Assembly (NCBI GenBank): GCA_038087875.1 | Contig: CM075978.1 | Span: forward strand, 160,580,001-160,644,000 | Direction: 5' to 3' | Origin: Malacoraja senta | Lineage: Eukaryota | Length of the DNA stretch: 64,000 bases | Translations under genes and position numbers: made by a program | In this document: piece after piece, positions 11,170 to 22,527 of the stretch | How positions within the stretch are numbered: position 1 is the first letter of the stretch | How the letters are laid out: each line of letters begins with the position of its first letter | Notes under the pieces: model-generated | The model's input: the letters and a program-made list of their open reading frames with translations, nothing else | What the model was told of the DNA's origin: nothing | Database searches by the model: none

Positions 11170-11432
11170 ATCACCCCGGCAAGCGGGCCTGAACATCGGG
11201 CCGCACATAGCGGCGACAGCGGGGGGTTCGGGAGCCCCCCGACCACGGGAGGACAACAGAGGATGATGACTGAATTTTGGAGCCTTCCCTCAACTTTGAT
11301 CCTGCTGTGTGGGGATGTCTGTGTTAAGACTATCAGGTTATGTGCTCTTTATTATTCGTATGGCTGTATGGCGACCACACATTTCATCGTATCAATTGGT
11401 ACATGTGACAAATAAATGTATCTTCTATCTTG
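11170..11432 (+). mobile_element. GC-rich retroposon with a Rex1-type 3' tail
   Basis: Ends atttcatcgtatcaattggtacatgtgacaaataaa plus a tatct repeat; related to 26781-26965. Confidence 0.55.
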
Positions 11433-11462
11433 AAAGTAAATATCAGATATCCTTTCTTAACT

Positions 11463-11635
11463 GTGTAAGAAGGAACTGAAGATGCTGGTTTAAACCGAAG
11501 ATAGACATAAAAAGCTGGAGTAACGCAGTGGGACAGGCAGCATCTCTGAAGAAGGGTCTCGACCCGAAACGTCACCCATTCCATCTCTCCAGAGATGCTG
11601 CCTGTCCCACTGAGTTACTCCAGCTTTTTGTGTCC
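11463..11635. mobile_element. Fold-back Penelope-terminus mini-element with an intact hammerhead core
   Basis: ctgaagaagggtctcgacccgaaacgtca at 11546-11574; exact TSD atcctttcttaact at 11449-11462 and 11636-11649. Confidence 0.85.
11546..11574 (+). ncRNA. Minimal hammerhead ribozyme core (Penelope-type)
   Basis: CUGAaGA, extra A, stem II GGGU/ACCC, GAAA, palindromic ACGU stem III, GUC triplet; stem I is weak. Confidence 0.6.
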
Positions 11636-12416
11636 ATCCTTTCTTAACTACCTCATCTACCTGTGCTACTGCATTAAGGGATCAGGGATCTTTGGATACA
11701 TGCACCAAAATGTCTCTGTTCTTCAGTCCTACCATTCATTATGTATATCCTAGCCTTATTCATCCTTCCAAAATGTATCACCTCATTCTTTTTCCAAGAT
11801 CTACAAATGTCATTGCTATTGCTATTGCCATCTGTATGGGCAATGGTGTGGCCACGTACAATGCTAACCTGAGTGGTGGGCCTCCACCACTTTCTTAGGC
11901 AATCTGTTCCAGATTGTAACCACCTCCAGGTAAAAAAAAATCTTCCTGCATTGTCCTCGAAACTTCTTATTCCTCACCTTTTACCTATAACTTCTGGTCT
12001 TGGACACCTTTGCTATGGGGAAAAAAAATTGCTTTCTACCCCATCTATACCGTTCAAAGTTTTATGTTCCTCTCTCAGGTTCCCATTCAGCCTTGTGTGC
12101 TCCAAAGAAAGGCTGATTAGAGCGGGTATCAAGGGTTATGTGGAGAAGGCAGGAAAATGGGATTCGGAGGCAGAGATCAGCCATGATTGAATGGCGGGGT
12201 AGACTCGATGGGCCGAATGGCCTAATTCTACTCCTATAACTTGTGAACTTGTGAAACATACTCTTCTCATCTAGTCTCTCCTTATTATTGAAACATTCCT
12301 GTTAACATCGTGAAGACAGAACATGAATCGCCTCTAGACTTTCTGCAATCATGATCTTCCTATCATGCGGTGACCAAAATGTACACAACGTTCCAGCTGT
12401 GATCTAACCAATGTTA

Positions 12417-14214
12417 AAGCCCTGTCTCACTGTGCGAGTTGACCCACGAGTGACCCCGAGTGAAAGACTCGTGGTTGCGTACGATACTACAAGTTTATGA
12501 TCCAGAGTTTAACCGAGTTCCCACGGGTATGTCTAAGTTTCCCGTTTACTTCTCATTTCTGCGATGTTCCAAGTTCGTCTCCCGAGTGTACCAAGTTCCT
12601 CTCCCGTTAATCTTGAGGCAACAATGTATATCGAAGTGTTGAAAAATCATCACATGTTAAAAAAATGATGTCATGCCAGCCAAAGAACGTAGACTATTGT
12701 GTTTGCTGCATGTGTTCTGCACAACCTGATCCGTATCAGAGGTGCAGCTTCAGGATCAGCAACAGCCATGCAGGACGGTGACTTAGTGGACAGTCAAACA
12801 GGGAGAATAACACTAGGTGCGTGGAGGAGTGGTACAAACGACAAGACTTTGGTGCCACTGCAGTGTTTTCGAGGTAACACGGGGACCAACAGTGCAAAAG
12901 AGCAGAGAGACCATCTGTGCTCCTACTATAATTCAGAATTGGGCAGTGTGCCGTGGCAGGACAGCTTATTTTGAGCGGCTGCCGACCACAGGTACATCAC
13001 TGCATGAGGAGAGCCCACATGCAGAAAAATCTAGTTAATTTCATGTTTAGTTTAAATCCTGCTGACTTTTCTTTGTTTAACTTTAAGTGTGGATTTTATT
13101 TTTTATTGTGGTGTAAAAGTAATTTCATTGCATCTGTCTTTCCTTTAAAACGTGGTTATCATGCATCTGCTTATCTGATTGTAGATCTCAAAACTTGTCA
13201 TTTAGCGCATTGCATTGTATCTTTTATTGCCTGAATTTAGACTTGTGCATTTCTCAGCTGAATTAGTATATAGTGGAAATACTTTTGTGCTTCATTTGTT
13301 GATTTTCATGTATGAGAAGCCCTTTTTCAGACCACTGTGTTGTTTGCTGTGGTGCTCCTTTTCTCAATATGTGCAAAAAAGCGTTTTTTATATTGAACAA
13401 GATGAATAAAGACTTTGTTTCACATTCACCGTGCTGTTTGTCTTATTTTCTGATCTACTGAGAGGGGACAATTTTAAACATTTAAAAAGCACAGCATATG
13501 AGGCAGCTGAGTCCTTAAATCTCACAAATGATTGTGAGAATCAAGATGTGAATATATTTTGCCTTCCTCTATTTTGTGTTTTATGATGAAAGGAATATTA
13601 CATTCAAGTCATGAGACTGTAGTGATATTAAAATGAAGACTTCCAGACATCAATTTGATCTTGATAGCAAAGAACTCTCTTTTATTGTGCAATGAAGTAA
13701 ACAAACAGTGAGAATCAAACGGATCAGCAAAAAGCTTTTCAACACAACACAACACAACACAAATTTATATATAAACTTCAAGCAATTTTTTCTTTTCAAC
13801 CCACTCTGTCACCTTATCAATAACTTGCTTAACTTTGTTAAGCAGAATTTGTCTTTAAAAAGTCTAAGTAACTGATATTTCTGTCCCTGATTATTGTTTC
13901 TAAAAAGAGTTCCCACGGTAGAATCACGAGTCACAAAGTTAAACGCACGGGCCACTACGTTCTTACAACGAGTTTAAACGTTTCAAATTTTAACCTCAGG
14001 AGTACATTTTACTCGTGGAAAAGTTCAAACATGTTTGAACTTTTTCAAGAGTTAACAAGTTTCACGGGTACCTCCCGTTAGCGCCAAGAGTCGCTAAGTT
14101 GCGTCCACGAGTTCCGACGTTCCCGCTACGTTAATTGTACGTGATTACCACGATTTAAATTTGTTTTAAACTCGGGGTACCTCGTGGGTCAGCTCGCACA
14201 GTGAGACAGGGGTT
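12417..14214 (+). mobile_element. PIF/Harbinger deletion derivative, both TIRs, TTA TSD
   Basis: TIRs aagccctgtctcactgtgcgagttgacccacgag / ctcgtgggtcagctcgcacagtgagacaggggtt; tta at 12414-12416 and 14215-14217; splits an old CR1. Confidence 0.9.
12699..12974 (+). pseudogene. Harbinger transposase C-terminal fragment
   Basis: ACVLHN...GAWR...N...AKEQRDHLCSYYNSELGSVPWQ matches the HARBI1-like DDE transposase C-terminus. Confidence 0.85.
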
Positions 14215-14809
14215 TTATATAAAGTTGGACCAAAATCTCCCAGCTCTTATATTCTATGCTCCAATTACTCAAGGCAAGCAACCTGTTTTCATCCTTCACT
14301 TCCTATCTATCTTTGTTGCCACCTTCAGGGTGTTTTGGTTTTGTAATTCAAGGTCTCATTATTCATCCAATACGCTCTAGGGCCTCACCATTCTTATATG
14401 TCCTCAAATTATACTCCTCAGATGTATCAACTCACCTCATTATTATTGGATACAAAGAGACAAACCCTTCCATCACGTTTTATGCTCACACTAGTTTTAG
14501 CAAGAGGGTCAAGAGTCAAGAGATTTTATTGTCATGTGTCCCAGATAAGACAATGAAATTCTTGCTTGCTGCAGCACAACAGACTGCTAGGCAAGTCTCA
14601 CCTCCCTACCATCATGGGCTAATTGTACAAGTCTAGTGGATTAATGTGCTCATAAGTGTCCCTATTAAGCCATTTTAACCTCCGCCTATTTACACATGCC
14701 TCTCCCTAGGGACTATATTGAATACTTTTGTAACTTTGTCAGCGCCTCTTGTATACTTGTACTCTATGCAAACAAAGAATCTCACTGTACCAAGGTACCA
14801 CTGCACCAA

Positions 14810-15625
14810 TGAAGGTGTTCAGTGAAATGATCGACCAGTCTACGCTTGGTCTCGTCGATGTATAAGAGTCCACATCTTGAATAACGGATACAGTAGATGA
14901 GGCTGGAGGTGCAAGTGAACCTCCGCCTAACCTGAAAGGACTGTTGGGGTACCTGGACAGTTGAGGGAGGAGGTATAGGGACAGGTGTTGCATCTCATGA
15001 GACCAAACGTAGACTGGGCTCTTATACTGTATATCGGCACTACCAAACGTGGACTGGGCAATCGCTTCGCTGAACAACATCGCTTAGTCCGCCTGGACCT
15101 ACCTGATCTCCTAGTTGCTAAACACTTTGATTCCCCTTCTCATTCCCACACTGACCTTTCTGTCCTAGGCCTCCTCCATTGTCAGAGTGAGACTAAACGC
15201 AAATTGGAGGAATAGCATCTCATGTTTCGCTTGGGCAGCTTACAACCCAGGGGTATGAAAATTGATTTCTCTAACTTCAAATAACCACCGCATTCCCCCT
15301 TTCTCCATGCCTCCCCCTCCCTAGTCATGCCAGCTTTTCGTTCTCACCTAGCAAACAGCTAACAATAGCTTGTTTCCTTTATCATTATTACTTTCTTTGT
15401 GTATCTTCCATTCATTAGTTCTATATCTCTCTACATCATTGTCTACATCCCTCGTTTCCCTTTCCCATAACTTTCAGTCTGTATGAGGGTCTCGACACAA
15501 AACGTCACCAGGAAATTTGTCTCCAAGAAAACTTGACTCCAGAAATGCTGCCTGTCCCGCTGAGTTACACCAGCATTTTGTGTCTATCTTCGGTTTAAAC
15601 TAGCATCTGCAGTTCCTTCCTACAC
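14810..15625 (+). mobile_element. Penelope-like element 3' fragment with an inverted 5' segment
   Basis: LYIGTTKRGLGNRFAEQ...VAKHFDSPSHSH (GIY-YIG); 14810-14997 is a similar region on the minus strand; ends in a degenerate hammerhead and terminal repeat. Confidence 0.85.
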
Positions 15626-15936
15626 CATATATCTGTCCAATTGCCTTAAACTTACTGACATTGTTCCTATACCTGGGTGACCACAAATGCTCACCTTTTA
15701 CCAATGACTTGTACAGCTGCTTCATGATGTCCCAATTATGGTACTGGATATCCTTCCCAATGAAGGCACGCACGCCAAATGTTTTCTTCACCATATTGTT
15801 CACCCAATAGTTTAAAATCGTATATATTTCTATTGTATTTTAATGATCAAAGTGTCATTTGACAATTAATGAGCTTATTATATAGTGATCTAATAATATT
15901 AAAATAGATTTCCACTGCTGAGAACAGAACTCTTAC

Positions 15937-16080
15937 CTGTTTCAAGGCTTTGACCTTGCTTTCCAGGTGATGTATATCCTGCAACTGATTCAGATTCTCT
16001 GTGTCTTTCACAGCCATCGCATTATGTAATTCAGTAATGATGTCCTGTAATTCCTGAATTTTTTGTTCTTTATCAACTAC
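15937..16080 (-). CDS. Internal coding exon of a host coiled-coil protein gene (downstream exon)
   Basis: Minus strand: acceptor tttctgattattacag, 144-nt phase 0-0 exon VVDKEQKIQELQDIITELHNAMAVKDTENLNQLQDIHHLESKVKALKQ, strong donor CAG|gtaaga. In phase with the 50136-50268 exon. Confidence 0.85.
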
Positions 16081-16149
16081 CTGTAATAATCAGAAACAAA
16101 TCAGTGTAAACAAAAAAATCACTTATCCTCACATTTTCACCAAGTATCC

Positions 16150-16495
16150 GGCTTGGATAGAGTGGATGTGGAGAGGATGTTTCCACCAGTGGGAGAGTCT
16201 CGGACTAGAGGTCATAGCCTCAGAATTAGACGTTCCTTTAGGAAGGAGATGAGGAGGAATTTTTGTAGTGAATATGTGGAATTCTTTGCCACAGGAGGCT
16301 GTGGAGGCCGTCAATTAATATGTTTAAGGCAGAGATAGATTCTTGATTAGTAAGGGTGCCAGGGATTATGGGGAGAAGGCAGGAGAACGTGGTTATGAGG
16401 GAGAGATAGATCAGCCGTGATTGAATGATGGAGTAGACTCGATGGGCCGAATGGCCTAATTCTGCTCCTATCACTTATGACCTCATGACCTTATG
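16150..16495 (+). mobile_element. CR1 LINE 3' end
   Basis: DRVDVERMFP..GESRTRGHSL and a 3' UTR. Confidence 0.9.
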
Positions 16496-16849
16496 AGTAC
16501 TGTCAATGTTTTCTGTTTAGGAAACAGGAAATACAATGACGGAATCAGTCTGTTTTTCATTTGCATTAACCGATTGAATCTGGCATTTGCTCTTTTTTTC
16601 TAGTATATTTAACAACTTTTTGATCAGAGAGCTCAAAATTTTACTTCCTGGCCTTCTCCATCTAGAAATGTACCCAGCTTGCAGTTGAAAAATCACAACA
16701 TTAAACATCTTTCACATGTTCAAATGTTGTGTTTTGGGTCCGATCTAGTTCATCTCATTGAAATTGGTCCATTGTTCCTTCTTCAGTTGAATAATTTTAA
16801 CTTGGAGTGATTTCTATTCTTTCGCATAACTAAATCTTATGATATTACC

Positions 16850-17240
16850 AATGTTATTTTCGAGATGTTCCACATAAGAGGCTCAATGCCATTCAAGACT
16901 TGATTGGCATCTCATCAACTACAACAGCCATCCATCCCATCCAACTATGTGTACCTTCTACAAAAGGTGCTGCAGTTATACACATCAGCTTCCCCATAGT
17001 ATTTCCATGCCCTAGATCTCTACCACTGAGATGGTCATGCACAACAGGGATATGTGATTATTATTCATCCTCTTCAAGTAGCCCTCCTGATTTAGAAATA
17101 TATTGCCATATCGTCACTGGGTCTAAATCCTGCAACGTCCTCCCCAGTTCACTAGGCTATCGCCACCCTCTTAAAGGCACTTACGGATTGACAATAATTG
17201 CTTGCCTCACCAATGACAACCAACAAAGTGAATAAATAAA
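16850..17240 (+). mobile_element. Old L2-like LINE 3' fragment
   Basis: Degenerate tail ending aataaataaatgaa; resembles the minus-strand L2 at about 51290-51730. Confidence 0.45.
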
Positions 17241-17464
17241 TGAAGTAATTCAGCCTGGCTCATTTCCCTGGATCATTGGACTTCCCACCTTTTTTGTCAT
17301 TCTTTATTCTAGTCATCAGTAGGAACTCTATTATCACATCAATGTCTCTCAAGTCATGGATCCACATATTGCCTCTCAATGCAGGATATAATAAACCACA
17401 ATTATATATCTTATTTCTTCTGGCTGTACTGAAAATGCCTCCAAACCATTCAGCCATTTTAATT

Positions 17465-17627
17465 GTGTAGGAAGAAACTGCGGGTGCTGGTTTACATCAA
17501 AGATGCTGGAGTAGCTCAGTGGGTTGGGCAGCATTTCTGGAGAAAAGGAATAGAAGTCTCGAAATTATACCTTTTCTCCAAAGATGGTGCCTGACCTGCT
17601 GAGATGCTCCAGCATTTTGTGTCTATC
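17465..17627. mobile_element. Fold-back Penelope-terminus mini-element (core deleted)
   Basis: Inverted arms; TSD ttcagccatt(t/a)taatt at 17449-17464 and 17628-17643. Confidence 0.75.
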
Positions 17628-17906
17628 TTCAGCCATTATAATTATGGTGTCAGATAATCCAACCCACTGTCAAGCTTGGCATTCCAATATACCCAATTCT
17701 CCTCAATGAAGTTCTGGTTTCCATTACTAGTGTTAGTTTAAATTAGCAGTGCCTTGCTGCTCCAATGGAGTTCCCAAGGATCCGACAGGTAAGGATGAAC
17801 ATCCACAGATTTCCCAGATCTTCAAATGGAAAATCTGCCAAAAAAACAATGGGGCGACGTTAATATAAAAGAGAGACTAGCTCCCTGGACCAATGCAATT
17901 ACTGTA

Positions 17907-18190
17907 CAGGTACTCCCTGAGTTACAAATTACCTGATTTACAGAAATACAAATGTATGCAGATTCTCCAATACATTAAAAAAAAAAATTTCAAGCGAGTG
18001 ACAATAATAAAATGATTCTAGTATTCATTAATGACCGGTATTGGGCAACTATTCAACAACATTTAAGAATTATAGCAAGTGTACGTAGAGCAATACAATA
18101 TTGATAGCCAATGAAACCCGATGATTCTGACTTCAGGGGAAATTGGCTTCAGACAGTACTCCGGACATTACATAGCTGAGGGACTGCCAG
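17907..18190. mobile_element. Old Tigger/pogo-like MITE
   Basis: ta|caggtactccctgagttac ... gctgagggactgccag degenerate TIRs. Confidence 0.4.
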
Positions 18191-18529
18191 AAGTCGTTTT
18201 TCTTTAATTGGCTAGTTTACTCTTAATGATTTTAATAGAATTTTAGTATTCTGTTATTTTTAGCTGGTAAATGTAAAGCTTTTTTTTGTAATTTTGCACA
18301 CACTATTATTGAATGTGTTTGTCAAAGTATTCACAAGCATTCAGTGACAGCGACCACGCTCACATCTTTAATGGATAATGAGTCAAAGGAGGGCAGGGCC
18401 TTGACGCATTGGCCATAAAAGATGTACAACAGGGCACTGGTACCAAAAGAGCTAGGTAGAGCACAAAAGGGGGGAGGGGGGGTTTCTAGTAAATTGCAGA
18501 ACCGCATCACATCCATGCTAGCGTAAACA

Positions 18530-18757
18530 GGGATCCCCGTACACTGGCACTATCCTGCACACACACACTAAGGACAATTTTTACCAAAGCCAATTAACAT
18601 ACAAATCTGGAGTGTGGGAGGAAACACGGAGAAAGCCCTCGCAGGTCATGAGGAGAATGTACAAACTCCGCACAGAAGGCACCCGTAGTCAGGATCGAAC
18701 CTGAGTCTCTAGCGCTGTAAGGCAGCAACTCTACCACTGCGTCATTGTGCCGTCCCA
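18530..18757 (-). mobile_element. HE1-like tRNA-derived V-SINE
   Basis: Minus strand gggacggcacaatgacgcagtggtagagttgctgccttacagcgc...ggttcgatcc (A/B boxes) followed by the V-domain. Confidence 0.85.
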
Positions 18758-19572
18758 GATGATCCACAATATTTGGGGCTGCAACATTGATTTAGACCTC
18801 AGCTGGAGCTCAAGCTGAATCATGGACTAGAACCTCGCAGAATTCTGCAGGCAAATGAGAGTTCCTAAAAAGAATCAAATGCACAATATCCCTCATTTCC
18901 AAGTAGGCACCCTGTAACTTATGGTTCAGAAGTAAATGCTGTTGAGCTGAATGATTGACGTCACATAAAAGGATCATAACAGCTGCTAAGAAAGGAAGCA
19001 CAGAAAGCACTGCAGTTGCACATTAAGAAAATGAAACTGTTTGCAATTCTCAAAAGCAGCTACATTATGTGAAATGAGCCTGCAGGATGTTGAGAGTGAA
19101 GACAATGACATCCAGAACATGGAGAATTCTGAAATCAGTCATGTCCCTGCAGCTCCATCCTGTTTCTTCTGTGTATCCATGAGAAAAGCAATAACTGTAC
19201 TTCCTCCAACAAACAGGATATCAATCATCTTCTATCTAATAAAAACAGAGTTGGAATCTGACTGTATTGCCGATTTCTCATGTGGCAGCCAATAAGAACC
19301 AGAGTGCCATTGACCATAACTGCAAGAACCAATGCTGCACCAGTTGCAGCAGTTGATTCTACATTTTCTCAGAAAATATTCTGCAACTTTTTCGTTGACT
19401 GTCTAAAGAATCAAAATGCCTTCATTGCATACTCTTCAAAGAATAGCAGGCTTGTCGTTCTTTGCCTATGGTTGACAAAGATTAAACCACACATATTATT
19501 TTTGATTTCTTTAATAAGAAAATCATTTCTTCATTTTAGGAGCTGGCTTCATGCTGTGAAAACTTATTAACC

Positions 19573-19913
19573 ACATAGAGTCATAAAGTCAAACAGCATG
19601 GAAATAGGCCCTTTGGCCAAATTTGCCCACACCAACCAACATGTCCCATCTGCACTTGCCTGTGTTGGGCCCATATCCCTCTAAACCTGTCCTATCCATG
19701 TACCGCTTCTTAAACGTTGCAATAACACCTGCCTCAATTACCTCCTCCAGCAGCTCGTTCCATACACCCACCACTCTTGGCGTGAAAACGTTACCCCTCC
19801 AGATTCCTATAAAATCTTTCCCCTTCACCTTAAACCTATGCCCTCGATTCACCCGCTCTGGGGAAGAGACTCTGTGCTTCCACTCAATCAATGCCTCTCA
19901 TGATTTTGTACAC
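19573..19913 (-). mobile_element. CR1 LINE 3' end
   Basis: RGHRFKVKG...FTPRVVGVWNEL and tail. Confidence 0.8.
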
Positions 19914-20057
19914 ATCTGGGTTTCCTTCTTGTATTTGCCATACAATTGATTAAAATTCAGATTTTTTTTCATTTCTGTTTAATTATAAAACTAGAATCTG
20001 ATTACCCTGGAAGCATCCCCTGTTGAGCTCAAGTAAATGACCAAACTTAAGCAGTTA

Positions 20058-21675
20058 CAGTGGCTTGCAAAAGTATTCATACCCCTTGAACTTTTCCACA
20101 TTTTGTCACGTTACAAACACAAACGTAAATGTATTTTATTGGGACTTTATGTGATAGACCAACACAAAGAGGCGCATTATTGTGAAGTGGAAGGAAAATG
20201 ATACATGGTTTTCAAATTTTTTTACAAATAAAAAACTGAAAAGTGTCGCGTGCAAAAATATTCAGCCTCCTTTACTCTGATACCTCTAAATAAAATCCAG
20301 TGCAACCAATTGCCTTCAGAAGTCACCTAATTAGTAAATAGAGTCCACTTGTGTGTAATCTAATCTCAGTATAAATACAGCTGTTCTGTGAAGGCCTCAG
20401 AGGTTTGTTAGAGAACATTCGTGAACAAACAGCATCATGAAGCCCAAGAAACACACCAGACAGGTCAGGGATAAAGTTGTGGAGAAGTTTAAAGCAGAGT
20501 TAGGTTATAAAAAAATATCCCAAGCTTTGAACATCTCACGGAGCACTGTTCAATCCATCATCCGAAAATGGAAAGAGTATGGCACAACTGCAAACCTACC
20601 AAGACATGGCTGTCCACCTAAACTGACAGGCTGGGCAAGGAGAGCATTGATCAGAGAAGCAGCCAAGAGGCCCATGGTAACTCTGGAGGAGCTGCAGAGA
20701 TCCACAGCTCAGGTGGGAGAATCTGTCCACAGGACAACTATTAGTCGTGCACTCCACAAATTGGGCCTTTATGGAAGAGTGGCAAGAAGAAAGCCATTGT
20801 TGAAAAAAAAGCCATAAGAAGTCCCGTTTGCAGTTTGCCACAAGCCATGTGGGGACACAGCAAACATGTGGAGGAAGGTGCTCTGGTCAGATGAGACCAA
20901 AATGGAAGTTTTTGGCCTAAATGCAAAACGCTATGTGTGGCGGAAACCTAACACTGCACATCACCCTGAACACACCATCCCCACTGTGAAACATGGTGGT
21001 GGCAGCATCATGCTGTGGGGATGCTTTTCTTCAGCAGGACAGGGAAGCTGGTCAGAGTTGATGGGAAGATGGATGGAGCCAAATACAGGGCAATCTTGGA
21101 AGAAAACCTGTTAGAGTCCTACAAAAAGACTTGAGACTGGGGCGGAGGTTCACCTTACAGCAGGACAACGACCCTAAACATACAGCCAGAGCTACAATGG
21201 AATGGTTTAGATCAAAGCATATTCATGTGTTAGAATGGCCCAGTCAAAGTCCAGACCTAAATCCAATTGAGAATCTCTGGCAAGACTTGAAAATTGCTGT
21301 TCACAGACGCTCTCCATCCAATCTGACTGAGCTTGAGCTATTTTGCAAAGAAGGATGGGCAAACATTCCAGTCTCTAGATGTGCAAAGCTGGTAGAGACA
21401 TACCCCAAAAGACTTGCAGCTGTAATTGCAGCGAAAGGTGGTTCTACAAAGTATTGACTCGGGGGGGTTGAATACTTTTGCACGCGACACTTTTCAGTTT
21501 TTTATTTGTAAAAAAATTTGAAAACCTTGTATCATTTTCCTTCCACTTCACAATTATGCACCACTTTGTGTTGGTCTATCACATAAAATCCCAATAAAAT
21601 ACATTTACGTTTGTGGTTGTAACGTGACAAAATGTGGAAAAGTTCAAGGGGTATGAAAACTTTTGCAAGCCACTG
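20058..21675 (+). mobile_element. Full-length Tc1 (DD34E) transposon, Passport-like
   Basis: TA TSDs; about 200-bp TIRs starting cagtggcttgcaaaagt; 1618 bp; complete transposase coding span. Confidence 0.95.
20437..21457 (+). pseudogene. Tc1 transposase, 339 aa once five 1-nt indels are corrected
   Basis: Paired-like [28 protein letters not shown], ends KGGSTKY; frameshifts near 20810, 20854, 21038 and 21119-21127. Confidence 0.9.
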
Positions 21676-22394
21676 TATAGCATGAACTATTACTGAAATA
21701 CCCAAAACTAACTTTCATAGTTGTATGGGTGCTGGACATTCATTGAACCTTAATCTCATTTCTTCAAATGGGAACATAACTGCTTCAAAGCAAAGTACCA
21801 TTTCCTATACACAATTTGTAAAGTGCTTAATGGGGAACCTTGAAATCGGATGAATCCGTTACACTACTAACTGACTAAAAGGGTAGACTTAAAAAATACT
21901 GATACCATTTCAATTTTATTTTTTCCTTTCGATAATTGTAGGTTTCTCTAACTTGTTACTCAAAATTAGTTATTTACATAAGTACTAAGTAGCATTTCTT
22001 GCTTTTTATTCAGATATTCCATTTATCCTTCATTCCAATTTGTCGTTCTAAGATACGAGCTTGAAGCGTGATAAAAAATAAAGTGCATATGTGAATCAAT
22101 TTTATTATGGACATATGTAAAAGTTATGCAAATTATCCATGATTTAGCTATTACTAGATATCGTTTTTTCCAGGTATTAAATGACACAAATTTAGTTAAT
22201 CAATATCGGATAAGCTTTTTATCTGTCAGTACACCTTCTTTGTTCACATATTCTTCACATTATTACTAAATTATTTGTTGGAACAAGATCATCAGACAAA
22301 TATTTTTAAATGTTTGCTTTTTAGTAAGTAAGCCATGTATGGGGTTCCCACATATCCCCAATGGATGGCTCTTTCACTCACAACACTACTGGTT

Positions 22395-22527
22395 GTGTAG
22401 GAAGGTACTACAGATGCTGGTTTCAATCAAAGATGGACACAAAATGCTGGAGTAATTCGGCAGGACAGGCAGCATCTCTGGAGAGAAGGAATGGGTGATG
22501 TTTCGGGTTGAGTCCCTTCTTCAGACT
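22395..22527 (-). mobile_element. Penelope-terminus mini-element, single arm
   Basis: gtgtaggaagg...gctggagtaattcggc...gggtgatgtttcgggttgagtcccttcttcagact. Confidence 0.75.

Noticed and set aside
18690-18757. tRNA-like sequence (also about 32900 and 41030)
   Set aside because: SINE heads continuing into a V-domain, not tRNA genes.
18810-19570. Coding-looking stretch with short ORFs
   Set aside because: No consistent frame, splice sites or recognisable motif.
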